DNA of 64,000 nucleotides from Podospora anserina (Eukaryota): NCBI GenBank assembly GCA_017654855.1, contig CM030332.1, positions 868,001 to 932,000 of the forward strand, read 5' to 3'. Shown piece by piece: positions 37,201 to 49,910 of this stretch (position 1 is its first letter; each line of letters starts with the position of its first letter). The notes under the pieces were generated by a model. It saw only the letters and a program-made list of their open reading frames with translations, ran no database searches and was not told where the DNA came from. The position numbers and the translations under genes were made by a program.

Positions 37201-40200
37201 TTTGGCCATCCAAAAGCGTCCAGTTGCCAGTCGGAGAATTTGCTTGTCTTGTCTTGGGTGCAGGAATCCGGAGATGACAGTATCCATGATCAGGAAGATG
37301 GTATGGGAGCATCAAGATGAAGGTATTGCGTCGTGAAGACGGTCATGATACCGGTGAAGGTGGTGTTTCACTGCAATTCACCATCGTCTCGCTTCGTCTT
37401 CAAGATCATCATCCCCAAGCCCAAGGTTTGAAGTGGTTGATGATGCTCCTCAAACCCACCACTCCGGATCCCACCCCGTTTTTCTCGCTCTCGCCTACAG
37501 ATACAAAATGCAGTGTGAGCTTTCCGTAAATAACCCCCCCTCCCTTGTCAACGTAACACCAAGCAAAATCAACCAAACCTCAAACGCTGACTGGACACCG
37601 ATATGTCTCCCATCAAGCCATCCGAATGCAATAAAGCGGCGTCTGTCTGTCGCGATACAACGCGCACCCATCTCTCCCTCTCTCACGCGTAAAGTGCCTC
37701 ACAACTTACACCGAGCCAATCTACTCAACGGCGCTGATTGGTTCCCCCCCAATCCAACATTTCGAGATTTGACACCCAAAGCGGGAATTCCTCCTGTCGT
37801 GCATGCTAACACACCTTGAGAAAACAAGATTCAGCCTTACCTGCCTCGCTGTTGATCACGACTTGTCGAGTGGGTGGTTCCGAGGGGCTGGGTTTTGTTT
37901 GCATGTTGTTGGATAGCGGTTAGCTGAGCCAGTCGGTTGATATCTTCATGAGGTTGTTAATGTTGGAAGTTGGAAGCGTTTATCTTGACCATTGGTCTCC
38001 GCTAATGGCCTCGAGAAGAGATGACGCCCATCGTCATCATCGTATCTGCACGGCCAATTCTTCTCCCAATTCTCATCTCCGTCGAAGCAATCCATCGGCG
38101 GGGTCCATATGTAAGTCAGACAGTAAACTTCGTAAACCACAACGCCCCCTCGGAGGCAGCTTGCCGGCGGGGTTCTCTAACTCCTGAATCCTTCCCCCTT
38201 TCAAAACCACCAATTGGCCACCGTCCATCCGCTTGGGTTGATCCCCAGATCTCGATGTTTGGCCCTGGATGCTACTCTGCGGCGTGTCCCTGTATGGGCA
38301 TATGCTTGCGTCTCACTACCTACATTAGTTATCCCAAGCAGTCCCAAAACGCAGGCTGAACGTGCATCTAGAGGCATTGAAAGTCTCGACAAGAGCTGAA
38401 GATCCGACCCCTCAATGGCGGGGCATTTGCTCCAAAAGAGAAAAAAGCCAAGCCCATCCGCGGGGGGAGTAGGTTTCAATTGGGGGGGGGGGGGAGAGGG
38501 TCTTGAATCTTGAAACTTCAATATCTCGGAGTGCTGTGCTTTGCGAACGCAACACACCGTGGACCAAAAACTTGGTTCCTGGCGCCTCCCCGGCAAGCAG
38601 CAAGCCACTGTCCCGGGAAATAAAACACACATGTTCGTAAACGGCAGGTTGTTGTTGGTGTTGTTGTTGTTGTGTAAACATCTCGAGATAATGTCTTCCA
38701 CTGTCGCGTCGGGAAGGGTTTGTGATGGGATTTGCGAACGCCCGGACAGGCGCCTGGTAAATCCTACATACGATAAGATGTGCGGCGATGTGGTGTCGAC
38801 AACGGACTGTGCCCTGGTATGCCTCTCAAACGGGTCAGCAACCGAGTGATGACTCCGTCTCGTGATCGAAGCTCGACATCTCACGTTCGCCGCTTCAGAA
38901 AGCCTCGGCTTGTGCTTGACGATCCCCAGGATACGGTACAGAAGTCATGAGATGCCTCGTTCACCCCTCTGCAAGCCCCCCCGCCTCGATGGCAAATCAC
39001 CAATCGTCAAACATTGTTGGTCGTAGTTTGACACACTCTTTGATCTTTCTCCCCACGAACATCTTCCCAGTTCGGTCTGATAGCCCAAGATCAATCCCTC
39101 TTTTGAAAAAAAAAAACAAATGAAAAATGGAAAAAAAAAAAAAAAGACAACCCGAACCGTCCCTTGCAACCATCCCATCCCCCAAACCCCAACCTCCTCC
39201 AAAGTCGCAATTGGACAGCCCCGAGACGACCTCCCACGGCGGAGGGCTTGGCTTCAAGCAGGAACACGCCGAAAGTTCACCCACCACCACTCGCTTCGCG
39301 TTCCTCTGTTCCGGAGAGAAAAAAGCTTCCTGCACAAACGCGTCATTCTAAATGCAGCTCACGTGCACATGCGCGTCGTCGCGCGTCCAACCCCCATGTC
39401 CAAAAAAAACAACCTTTAAAGTGGTTTTTCGAATCAACAACCCCGCCAATTGGAAAGATGTTGATGAATTTATGAACCCATCACGCGGGTTGGATGAGTA
39501 TGTATCGTGATGATTTATTTCCCCACCGTCCGAGCGCCCGCTTGTTGTCAAATCGTCGAATTCACCGGGCAGATGTCCGTATCAGTCTTTTCTTGACCGA
39601 GAACTTTGGATCCGGAAGAGGCAGCCAGCTTCACGGCTATAAGCCAGGCCGTGCCGTTATGAATTCGGATACATTTTCCCTTTGCTGAACCGCTGTTGGT
39701 ATCAACGAGGACGAGAAAGTTGACGTGAGAAAACACCACTAGGCTTCGGTGTCAAGAGAGAGCAAAAAACCGCCATCTGCAGGGCAAACCTTTGGGGTCC
39801 CCGCGCTCGGGCCTGTCTCCGGTCCGGTGCCCGAGTGTTTCTCCGGAGAAGTGGAGAGAACCCCCTCCGGAACCAGGGCCGGGCGGTTGCCGCAAGGTCC
39901 CGGAGTGGCTGGCTTGGCGCAAGGGAGAAAGAGTGTGTAAGAATCATCAAATGTGACCGTGATGATTCACAACAAAAAACAGCAGGCTACCCTATCCAAC
40001 GCCACTCAACTTGAGTGAAACGCCGCCGGCAACACGCAACATACCGCCAGACTAATGGCACCACTCTCCCTCAACCAACAGCCCTGCGATCTCCGTGCTG
40101 CCCGCCCCACTTGCACCGGAAAAATATCACATCTCCCAAAGTAGTCAGCCGTTTTCCTCCGGCCAAGAGGTTGAAGGTCGCGGGGTAATAAGAAGACGGA

Positions 40201-43200
40201 ATGTTGGATATCCGCCAGATCGATCCATGGATCCCCATGTTGAGGATGCAAGCGCTTTGGGCTTCCCCCATGTGTGTACATGTCGGGTGAGATGCAACGG
40301 CGGCCGAGAGGCAGGCAGGTCCCTCCGCACAGCAAGTCTGCAATGAAACCTTTCTTACTCTTTTGCAAGTCCCGAGACGAAGACGCGCGTGTGCTGATTT
40401 GTGTCCTAATTGAGGCTTCAACACTATCACTTCCTTTTTTGCTACCCTCTTCCCGTGTCGGTGTGCGTGCTTGCTTTGCCGCTGTTGCTTGATGCAAAAC
40501 GCAAGAGAGGAAAAAAAACTTAAAAAAAAACTTTCCGAGCTGCTGCATCTCCAGACCGAAGTGCAGTAAGCAAAGCAGTCTGAGCTCCATAACCGAAAAG
40601 CTGGTAAATTTGATGATGAGAGGGGGTCCAAGTACCGGTCCCCATATCCAATAGAGGCACCTGATATGAAAACTCTCTCTCGATGTTGATTGATCAATTG
40701 GCATGGAAAGTGACCCTCGTCCTTGTTCCCGTTGTTTGCCCTCTGTGCCCAGGTATACCTGTCTCCGTGTTATGCCTTCAGAGCCGGGAAATCGAAAGAT
40801 CGGGGAGGAACAGACACGTGCTGCGGCATGGAAAAAAAAAAAAAAAGAAAAGCCAGGTCTTTTGGCAGCGGTACGGAAAGGACGGGTTGGTGGTGAAACG
40901 GGCTCTAATCGCAAAAACGGGTAAAAGAAAAGACTTGGTAATAATACCGGTGATAGTATCGTTGATTCTCTGTTCTGATCGTCGACCAGGCTTCCCCTCT
41001 TCTAGAGTTTATCAACGTCGCACCATGTTCGAGACAATGTTTGTTCCAACGGCTGGTGATACTGTGAATAAGCTTCTGTTTTGCTCTCTCGTGTGTGAGT
41101 TGCGTGTCCTCCTGTCAAAGCTCTCAGACCTCTTCGAGATAGTTTTTCTTTTTGTAGGAACCCGAACCGTAATGTCTCTCTCTCTACACCGGTGTCACCT
41201 ACATGAAATAACGGTGGTGGTGGATATATGGATCGAAGATTTTAGAGGGTTGATCGTTAAAAGCCCCAAGAAGAGAGGGAGAAAAGTCCAAATTCACCAT
41301 AAAGCAATCAGTTGCTAATAGTCTCTTGGACAATAATTGATAAACTTGGCCGCTAAGCTTCTTCAAAAGCAAGAATCAGAGCTTGCCAGCAAAACGGAAA
41401 GCAAGGAAACACAAAGTTCCTGTGGAACCCCGAGCAATTTGAGCCACAACCCCACACAGTTCACAAGTCCTGCTTTTGTGCACGATGAACTCTGTGCACA
41501 GAAGTGTGTGTGTGCTTCAGCCTCATTGGTCAAAGCTTTTTCCTGCCATCTGGCTAGCTCAGCCTTACCACTGCTGTGCAGCTGCAGGCAATTTCCTTCC
41601 ACCGACCTTCTAGAAGCCACATTCCCACTTACCCCTCAAACTCAACGTTTCCATTGGTGTGAGCGAGGCTTCAACCCCACAGTTTGCCGAGTTCGTTTCC
41701 TCTCCTGTGGGGGCCCGCTCGGACCGTTAACTTTCTTCTCCGTTTTGAAGATTCGTTTCAAAGGTCTCGTGAGAGATTCGACATGTGGTCGAGTCCTCAC
41801 TGCTTCCTTCCGCAGCCTCTTGGTGAGCTGGAAATAGGACCACTGCTGAACAATTGCGGTGTAGAAATTCCAGGTTGCATTCCTAGGTCTCGTCTAGGCA
41901 GGGCGTCATCAACTCAACGACAGCCATGTGTCTATTCTTTGCCGGGGGGGAGGGGGCCATTGAAAAGAAACAACGTCGATATGCAAGGCTAAAATCTGCT
42001 CTGCATGCGAACGAAAGTTCATCATACTACCCACCAGTTGCCCCCCTCCTACCTGCAAGTCAGTGAGTCAAGAATGACCGAGATTTCCATCCTTTGGCAA
42101 AGTTTTGATTGGAGAAGAGAGCAAAAACTCCAGAGAACAACTAGGTTCGGGGGTTGGTGATTGCATGAATATATATCTTCAGTTTTTTTTCTTTTCCCTT
42201 TCTCGGATGACAGTTCCCCGCCCGCAAAACCCAAACCCGTTGCCGACAAAATCTCCACCGATCCCGGCCACCTCTGTTGTGGAGTAGCGAACAGTTGTCC
42301 TTCTCTTTTCGGAAAAGTGAGGGAATACTCCATAGCAAAAAAAAAAAATCAAAAAAATCACAAGCATGCACAAGCAAGCAACAAGGACATGGGCTGTTTT
42401 TGCTGTGTTCAGAAAAATGGCATTCACCGCCTCGGGAACGGCGGTCCGTACGGTCAGAGAGGTTGGGTTGGGTTAGTCGCGGTCCGGTGGGCGGCAGATC
42501 CACACGCCGGATCCGCGGGGAAACTGGCAAGCGATGCCGCGGGGGGTGGTTTGATGGCGGCTTCGTTGTCACTTCCAATCATGGGGAAGGCGGAGAGAAC
42601 CAAATCAGAAGATCGCCAGCGAGGTTTGTTGGTAAAGATCTAGATCCAGATCGGGATAATCAGATGACGAATAGACCCCCGTTTCTGCCTGGAGAGAGGG
42701 CATCGCCCAGCTTCCTTGAAGATCCCAAAGCCAGGGGTTTGATGTAGGAGCAACTTGCGGTCTGCAACCCGCCATCACGGTATTATTGACGATCCTGGAG
42801 TCAATAGTCGGGAACAACAAGTGAGGTTGGAAAGTTGGAAAACCTACATCAGTGAATCGAGATCATGACATTTGCATCTTCAAAGCGGAGGGGGGGCTCG
42901 GGCGATGCCGAACGCCAAACCACAAGAGAATCCATTGTTTAGTGATCGAGGCTTGTGTGGGTGCAGGGGGCTTAATTGTAAAGTCGTTCGACCAATGACG
43001 CAACTGTCACAGACCGTAAGCTCACTGCAGTTGGTGATGATACCATAATCGAAGACTCAGCTGCCCGCCCGGCCGTGAAGTTTGATAAGAGAGCTTGTCT
43101 CACCCTCCGACTGGTAAACTTATCAACACAATCGGCAGAGGCCGAGCTGAGGGTCTTCGTCCAGTTTGTTGGTACGGCCAATCGCAATACACAGCTCAGA

Positions 43201-46200
43201 TTACCCCTCCTTGGTGTGCTGGCAGGAGCTCGATTTTCGAGTTTCATGTCATCTTTGTAGATGACGGGCGATTGGTGTCCGAGTGCTTGTTTTTGTTGTT
43301 GGTCGCCATCGTGATTATCTTTGATGAAAGCCCTTTAAGAAATCAGGTTTGTCGGTTGGATGTTTTGTTTGTTGTTGCCAGACAGACGCACGGACACGAT
43401 AACGGCCACGGCCTTTTCTCGGACTCCCTGACGGTTAAAAGTGATCTCTCATTTTTGCAGCTGCTTAGCATTCTGCGCAATCAAGAGGCAACCATTTGGG
43501 CTGTGTACCGACAGACGGGCTCTATCACCGAACCCATGCATAAGCTCGCTTCTCCTTTGGAGCCTTGCTCTTCGAGGTGGGTGCTGCCTGTGGTGAAACG
43601 TGCTTTGTTCATTTGTTGCAGTCGATAGCTCCTCAGCCAGCCAGCCATAGATCGAAGATCATCTGCTGCTTTGGACTGCTGAACATTTCCGAATCTTGTT
43701 CACCATGCGATCCTGGTATGGAAGAGGGACAAAAGAGGCAAGAAAAGGAGATGCAGATACGAGGAATCCAAAACCCTCTTGATAATCAACTTCCGGTTTC
43801 ACGGTAAGTATGGCAACCATTACGAAAGCTGCCCACCCGTACCTAGACAGATGGCGGGAAGAATCCCGAGCAGTGAATTGGGTAGATGGAGGGATAAAGA
43901 TGGATGTATCCGTCCCGTGCCGTCGAGAAATCTGGGGGTTGACACTATAAAACCCGCTCCGCTATTGTCGTCAAGAGGCGTGGCCCTGGCACAAACAAAA
44001 TAATAGCAGCAATATTAAGAAGGCAGGACAGGTTCCAGGTACGTAAGCAAACCCTCAATCTCGTGGCTTTGCGACACAATACACCAAGAGTTCTTTTCTG
44101 GGATTACCTCTGATGCCAATGTTTCTGTCCGGCAGTGAGTCAAGCGTCAGCATGTCTTACACGCGTGTGGACGGTACTGCTGGCCAGCAGCTAGCTCCAC
44201 AAGCAACATTAATCTGATGCCGGCTGTGATGGCTGTGATAGCTTCCCGTATGCGGGATTAGATTGTAGGCGAGGGGCGACGGGATTGGATATTGCGGGGT
44301 GGGTGTTTGTCTCTTGACAATAAAAAACCCAAGTCCAGTTGTCGGTATCATGGTATCAAAGAGACGAGGACTTGTACAAGTGCACCCGCCCATCGTCAAA
44401 GCGCCCGTTGTACCACGGAAATGCAGCGGCAATCAATCTGGCCAAACACAAGGCGGGTTGAACATTCACAACCTCACTGGACCTCGGTGACACGACATAT
44501 GGTGGCGAGTCGTTAGAAGGAGTTCTGTCGTGTTGAGGCTCGGGTGTGCCCGCCGTTGGCAAGGTCCGGCTGGCTAGCTGTCTGGCACTTTGGCAGACAC
44601 TCTTGTTGTAGCAGAAGCTGGGCGAGTGGCATTTGTCTGATCGATCGAGTAGAGGGGTCGGCGGTGTGGTCGATGGTGGTCACCCAAAGCGTGTCGTGCG
44701 TCTTTGTTGTTTCTGCCGCCATGGCACATGAGACTGGGTAAACAGACCGACTGGGAGAGGTGAGATGCGATGGCGACACACCTGCGGTCGACGAAAACGG
44801 CCTTGGGCTTGAGAATGCTCGGGGCCAAGAGATCATTCGGGCATCGTGAGCCTTCCCGGGCCACTCGGGAAGGCCGGCCGCAACACGGGGCAGACCAAGC
44901 TCCGCGCGCTTACCTGTCATGTCCCGGTTACAGTTGACAGCTGTGTTTCTGAAGAATGGGCAGTGAATGTTTTGGAAGCAGTCTGGAGCCTGTGGTGGAT
45001 TGGGCTCGCCATGACACGCATGAATTAAATTGGATCTCCCACGTCGTGCAGAACCGCGTTACGGGCTCCTGATTGGCTGCCGGCCCGCCATTTCCCAAGA
45101 GATATGCATTGTGCAAGGAACACCACGGCCCTGACGTCTGGAAACTCTGCATTGTCAGACCTCAACTGGCAGCTGCTATGGGCTGCATCCACGGCCTCGA
45201 TATTGCAGACCCGGACTGTTGGGCGCTTCTGCTGCTATCGATATCTCGAGGATGATGTTCGAGATGAGGTTGATGCTGATGCCACTTTAGCCCCTGGCTA
45301 TTGAATCTCCGAGCTGCTGCCGGTTCCTGACCTGCGTTTTGCAGCTGCCCGCCTCTTCAACTCCTTCGGGCGGGGGCAGTCGTCCCTGATACCGTCCCAT
45401 TGGCCGGCAACCACTTTGTCCATTAAACGCGAACACGCCAAGCTTCAATGAATACGCGCAGCAAGCAGAAAACCAAATCTTGGAACCGCGAGATGCATCT
45501 GCTCAGGTCGTTGGCTGCGATGGTGTTGGTGTGCCCGAAAGACGTGATGCTGCCCGCATTAGCGGCTGATAAACTAGGAAACAAGGCCCCAAGAAACACA
45601 GAAGAGCAGGCTGTGTGTAGGGAGAGCAACATCAAAGAAGTTCCTTCCAGAAACGGACTCCGTAAGGCCAGACCTTGTGGAAACAATGGCATTGGATAAT
45701 GGCCGAGGTGAATGAACAATGTTCCCTTCTCCACGCGGCTGTGCCTCACCACTCTCCTGGGTATAGCTAGGTATTCTAAGCTGGCGGAATGATTTCTATC
45801 TGAGCTCGTCTTCTGATCTGAAGGGTCTATAGTGTACGCCTTATTAGTGGTTAGGTGTCCTATCAAGAAAAAACCGTCCAAAAGGTTTCCGCCGTTTTGT
45901 AGTGATATCCAAGAGCCACGATCTTGAAGGACGTTCCATCAGAGTGGTTCCCGAACACCCCCTCCTGACGTAAGCCCCCCAAGCCCCACCTGCTCACTTT
46001 TGGAGCTGGTTTTATGTGGATAATGCATTGGCGCAGATTCGGCATGTTGAGCACAAGAAAAGAATCACCGACAGTTACGAAGTATACAGAGCACTTCCAA
46101 AAGTCGACATGTGCTTGTGTTTGTCCTTGTATTCGATCTTTGTGTCTCTTGCATCGTGCTTGTGTTCAAAGTTTTAGAGGTTGGTTTATGCAAACCCCCA

Positions 46201-48751
46201 CTCTCTCAACCTCTCAACATGCACTTCCATGTCTCTCCACCAAGCACCGTCCTTGTTCCGTATCTTCACCAGGGTCAGCGACCCGGCTGTCTCGGTTTTG
46301 CAGCCATGAGGGAGGGCAGGTAGGGAAAAAAAGAAAGAACGGGCTCAAGAGGCTTTGCTGTATGGCGTTTTGGTGGCAGTTCGGCGCCGCCCCGTAGACT
46401 TGAAATCTGGGCGATCAGGAGGCCTGAACGAGCGGCCATCCAATGTCAAAAAGAGTAACAAACAAACAGGACAGAGGCTCGAATCTTGAAAACGTGAGAA
46501 TCGGCCTCGGCGAAAACAAGTCTTTATTTCTATCAAAAATGACAAAGATTCTTTTCGAGATTTCCTGATACCGGCACAGTTGCTCCGTCTCCCTTCAAAC
46601 GGTGCAGTGTCGTATGTAATTCATTAACGAGAACCTTGCCTGACTTGGGAAGTCTTGGTCGCCGTGCTGACACCAACTTGGTTTCTCGATACCGGACTCA
46701 ACGGAGGCCCCGGGCAGCTAAAAAGGTAACGATTATCCGTAACTGGTAAACGGCGACCACCGGCTGGTTGCTGGAGTTCGTGGCTCGCATGCTGCGGTTT
46801 GGGCTTGTTGCTTTCATTTGCAACTGCAGCGTTTCTGCCAGACAAACGTACCGCTTGACGCCTTCTTGCTGCGGGAACAAGGCGATTCTTTTCTTTTCCT
46901 CACCGTCACATAGTCCAAGCAGCAGGCAGACAAACGCAATTGTTACGGGTGTAGAGAGTCCAAGCCTCTTCCTCCAGCAAGCATGCAGTATTTGTGTGGA
47001 GCCAATACCGTCCCCCCCGAGGCTCCATGACAGCCCCTAATAAAACACGGTGCTCCGTGGTGGTTTAGTGGATGGAAGCGACAGGCGAAAGGCGGAAAAG
47101 GATCACGCCAGTCCCAAACGTCAGACGCCAGACGCCAGACGCCAAAACCCGTGATGTTCCTGTTTCTGTCGCAGGCAGGCAGCACGCGTCGCTGTCGCCT
47201 TTTTTTCTTCGTCTGATCCATCGGAGTGCAACACTGTATGGTACCGTGTCTGCGAATGGGTTTTTCCCTTCCCCTCCGGACGCTTCCATTCAGTGGAGGT
47301 TTTGCTGCCGCTGGTGCATTGGATCAGTGCATCCTATCAAGCCTCTGATTCGACCGCCCACAGCGGACGACCATGGAAGGGCGGCGACAAGGTGCAAAAA
47401 GCTAAGCAATTCGTAGATCCCTGCTCCTCCTCCAGCCGGCCTGAATTTCCCAGCCGAGCAGCGAATCCACACAAGTCCGCCGTCGCCCACCACCAACCAC
47501 CAACACCTGGTTATGGCTGCGTCCAGCATGGAGGGAGGGATCGTTCCTGGACGAGTGTGACCTCCGCATTGGGTCCCAGATACTCCGTAGCTTGGTGAAT
47601 CCTGTTTTGTGAGGGTGTTGTGGTGTGCTTTTTGAGGTACAGTACCTAGACCATCAGCTAATCTTCAGTCTCCATCATACATAATAAGCATCATCATTAT
47701 TTTATTCCGGGCTATTACCAAGGAACAGGAGACAGGCATGGGGATCACGAATGAACGGACTCCCGTCTCCTGTAGCGTCTCATGGCGAATGGAGCGCCGC
47801 GACTGGGCATTCCCCTCAGGCTGGGGCTTGGCCTGCCTTTTCGCGCAACGATGAACACAACGGGACATCATAACGGATGCTGAATAGGGAAATGGACGAG
47901 GAGGAAAACGGAGCGGTGGCCTGGCTGACCCTGCAAGAGATGCACGCCTGTGGTCCTGCACCGGGCCAGGGCAGCACGACAGACGAGAACAAGGTACCTC
48001 AGTACCCGGCCCATGCTGCAAGCTGCTTGGTGCTTGGTGCTCCAGCGCTGGGGGCTTGCTTTCGTGAACGAGCTGGGGGCCCTGTCTTAAATCGGCCATT
48101 AACCAATCTCTGCTCTCCTTTTCCACTCCCTTTTCCTCTTCTCCATCCTCTCTCTCCTACCTGAGCAAATATCTACCTCCTCCTCCCCTTCCCCTTTCCT
48201 TCCTCTTCCTCAATCCGCAACCAGTCGTTCCCTCTCCCGCACCGAACCTTCCAACATCCCCATCGTGGTACTCCCTTTCTCCGAAAAGAGAAAAGGAGGG
48301 AAGGAGGAGATTTAGATTCTGGGCCCTCGACAACATCTACCCAGCAAATACAAGGAGCTACCTGCAGAGAAGAGAAGCCAAATAGAGGACAATAGCAAAA
48401 GGGCAAGAGAATAAGGGTAATTGCTTCCCCTGTTTTTGAACTATTATACGCACTCTCCCTTCCCTTCACAATACATCCCATCCATATCCCCCCCCACCCT
48501 TCGAACCACAAGTAAATTCTTCGGCTCGACGACGTGGAATCTCCCATTTCCCGGTTTTCGCTCCCTTTCGTTCCGGACGAACCTTCGGTCATCATCAACA
48601 TACCAATCCACCACCAGCAGCAATTCCGAGAACGCATCGCCAGATTGGACCACGGACGACAATTGACTCAACCTTCGACGGCACTTCCCCAAGCCACCAG
48701 CAGAGCGAGGCATCAAAAGGCGGTCATACGAGAGACCAGACCCACCGCCAC

Positions 48752-48796
48752 ATGAACTCTCGACCGATACGAAGTCAGTCATACCTACCTATCTAG
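48752..48796 (+). other. uORF1 in the cyclin leader (MNSRPIRSQSYLPI*)
   Basis: The only ATG between 48016 and the 48824 donor; ends with TAG at 48794-48796. Confidence 0.5.
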
Positions 48797-49026
48797 CAAC
48801 CCCACGACGTCGAGAGTGCTGAGGTATGCGACTTCCGGCCCCCCACATTGCTCGCCGCCGAAAGCCAATTACCCCATATCCAAATTCTTGGAGAACTGTC
48901 CCTGGATGCATGGAGCTTCGCCCTGGATACCACCGGCCGTGATGTCATTTTTTTCTTTTTCTCCAGGAATAATCCTAAAGCCAAAGGCGAAAAAAAGCTA
49001 ACCAAACTCTTGTCCCTTGCAGATAC

Positions 49027-49080
49027 ATGCCGGCTCGAGAGCAATCTACGGTCTCCGGCATCCTCCCCGCTCACGCTTAA
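49027..49080 (+). other. uORF2 in the cyclin leader (MPAREQSTVSGILPAHA*)
   Basis: The only ATG in predicted leader exon 49023-49201, 4 nt after the acceptor; ends with TAA at 49078-49080. Confidence 0.5.
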
Positions 49081-49910
49081 TTCCGATCCGTCGACCTGAA
49101 CTTCTTGTGGGACACGTTAGCTCGTTGCTCCTACTCGGCCTCAGGAATTGTGTCAATTTGCAATCGGTCACCCTTTCCCAGCGACCATTGCAATCGTGGC
49201 CGTAAGTCTCTCCCTCTCTGGCTTTGGCACTGTGCACAGCCAGCACCCAGCACCTCGAGCACGCTATCATCTGCCGGCCTCCCTCCAGTGCACCGGCCGT
49301 TTTCCCCCTCGGCCCGCTGCTGGTGGTGGTGGGAAATCGTTTCTCGTGCCAGGTCCAAGACCCCACAGGTCAAGATCGGTCGAATCACGGGGGAACAATT
49401 CTCACCACGAGCAATGCTGCCCCTGATAAAGTGGGACCCTTTGAGTAAAGGGCCGCTTTGTGGTAGCTGCTGTCTCTTCCCCAGAGACAGCCTCCAGTTG
49501 CATGCCAAAACCCTAGCAAACTCCTGAAATGAGTCGTGCTGATACCTGGGCGTTTAGAACCATACCGCGAGACATCATTCATAACTGGCTGTTTCCCCGG
49601 CCACCCGCTCTCACCCACCCGAACCACGAGATATTTCGGTTTCTCTCCTACACTCACACAGACCCCATAGTCGGCGATTTTCCCAGCCACAGTCACTCTT
49701 TCAGAACTTGATATTTCAGCACACTCTTTAATAATCTAATACTAGTCATTGACGACCACCCGGTTCGACGTCTCACTCTCTTGACTCGACCAACTAGCAC
49801 ATACTTAATTACACACCACAACAACCACGCTCTCTCACCAACATACAGCAACTAGCCCTGGCAACTCTACGAATTCCTGGTGAACTCGACCCACTACTCA
49901 ACCGCCCAAC

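Larger units (their letters stand above)
48100..49910 (+). promoter_or_regulatory. CT-rich promoter and long spliced 5' leader of the cyclin gene; predicted introns 48824-49022 and 49202-~49745
   Basis: Pyrimidine tract at 48105-48260. Intron 1: GAG|GTATGC at 48824, GCTAAC at 48997, CAG at 49022. Intron 2: GTAAGT at 49202 with candidate acceptors at 49661, 49745, 49797 or 49848. The exonic parts contain almost no ATG. Confidence 0.6.

Noticed and set aside
40006-41318. 200-300 aa ORFs in the desert
   Set aside because: They run through homopolymer tracts (poly-F/K), start at non-ATG codons, and show no codon bias or motifs.
47122-47142. (CAGACGC)x3, and similar short repeats such as TTTACACA near 34565
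   Set aside because: Too short and without spacers; ordinary slippage, not a CRISPR-like or functional array.
49881-49910. Non-AUG N-terminal extension of the cyclin
   Set aside because: In-frame TGA at 49881-49883.
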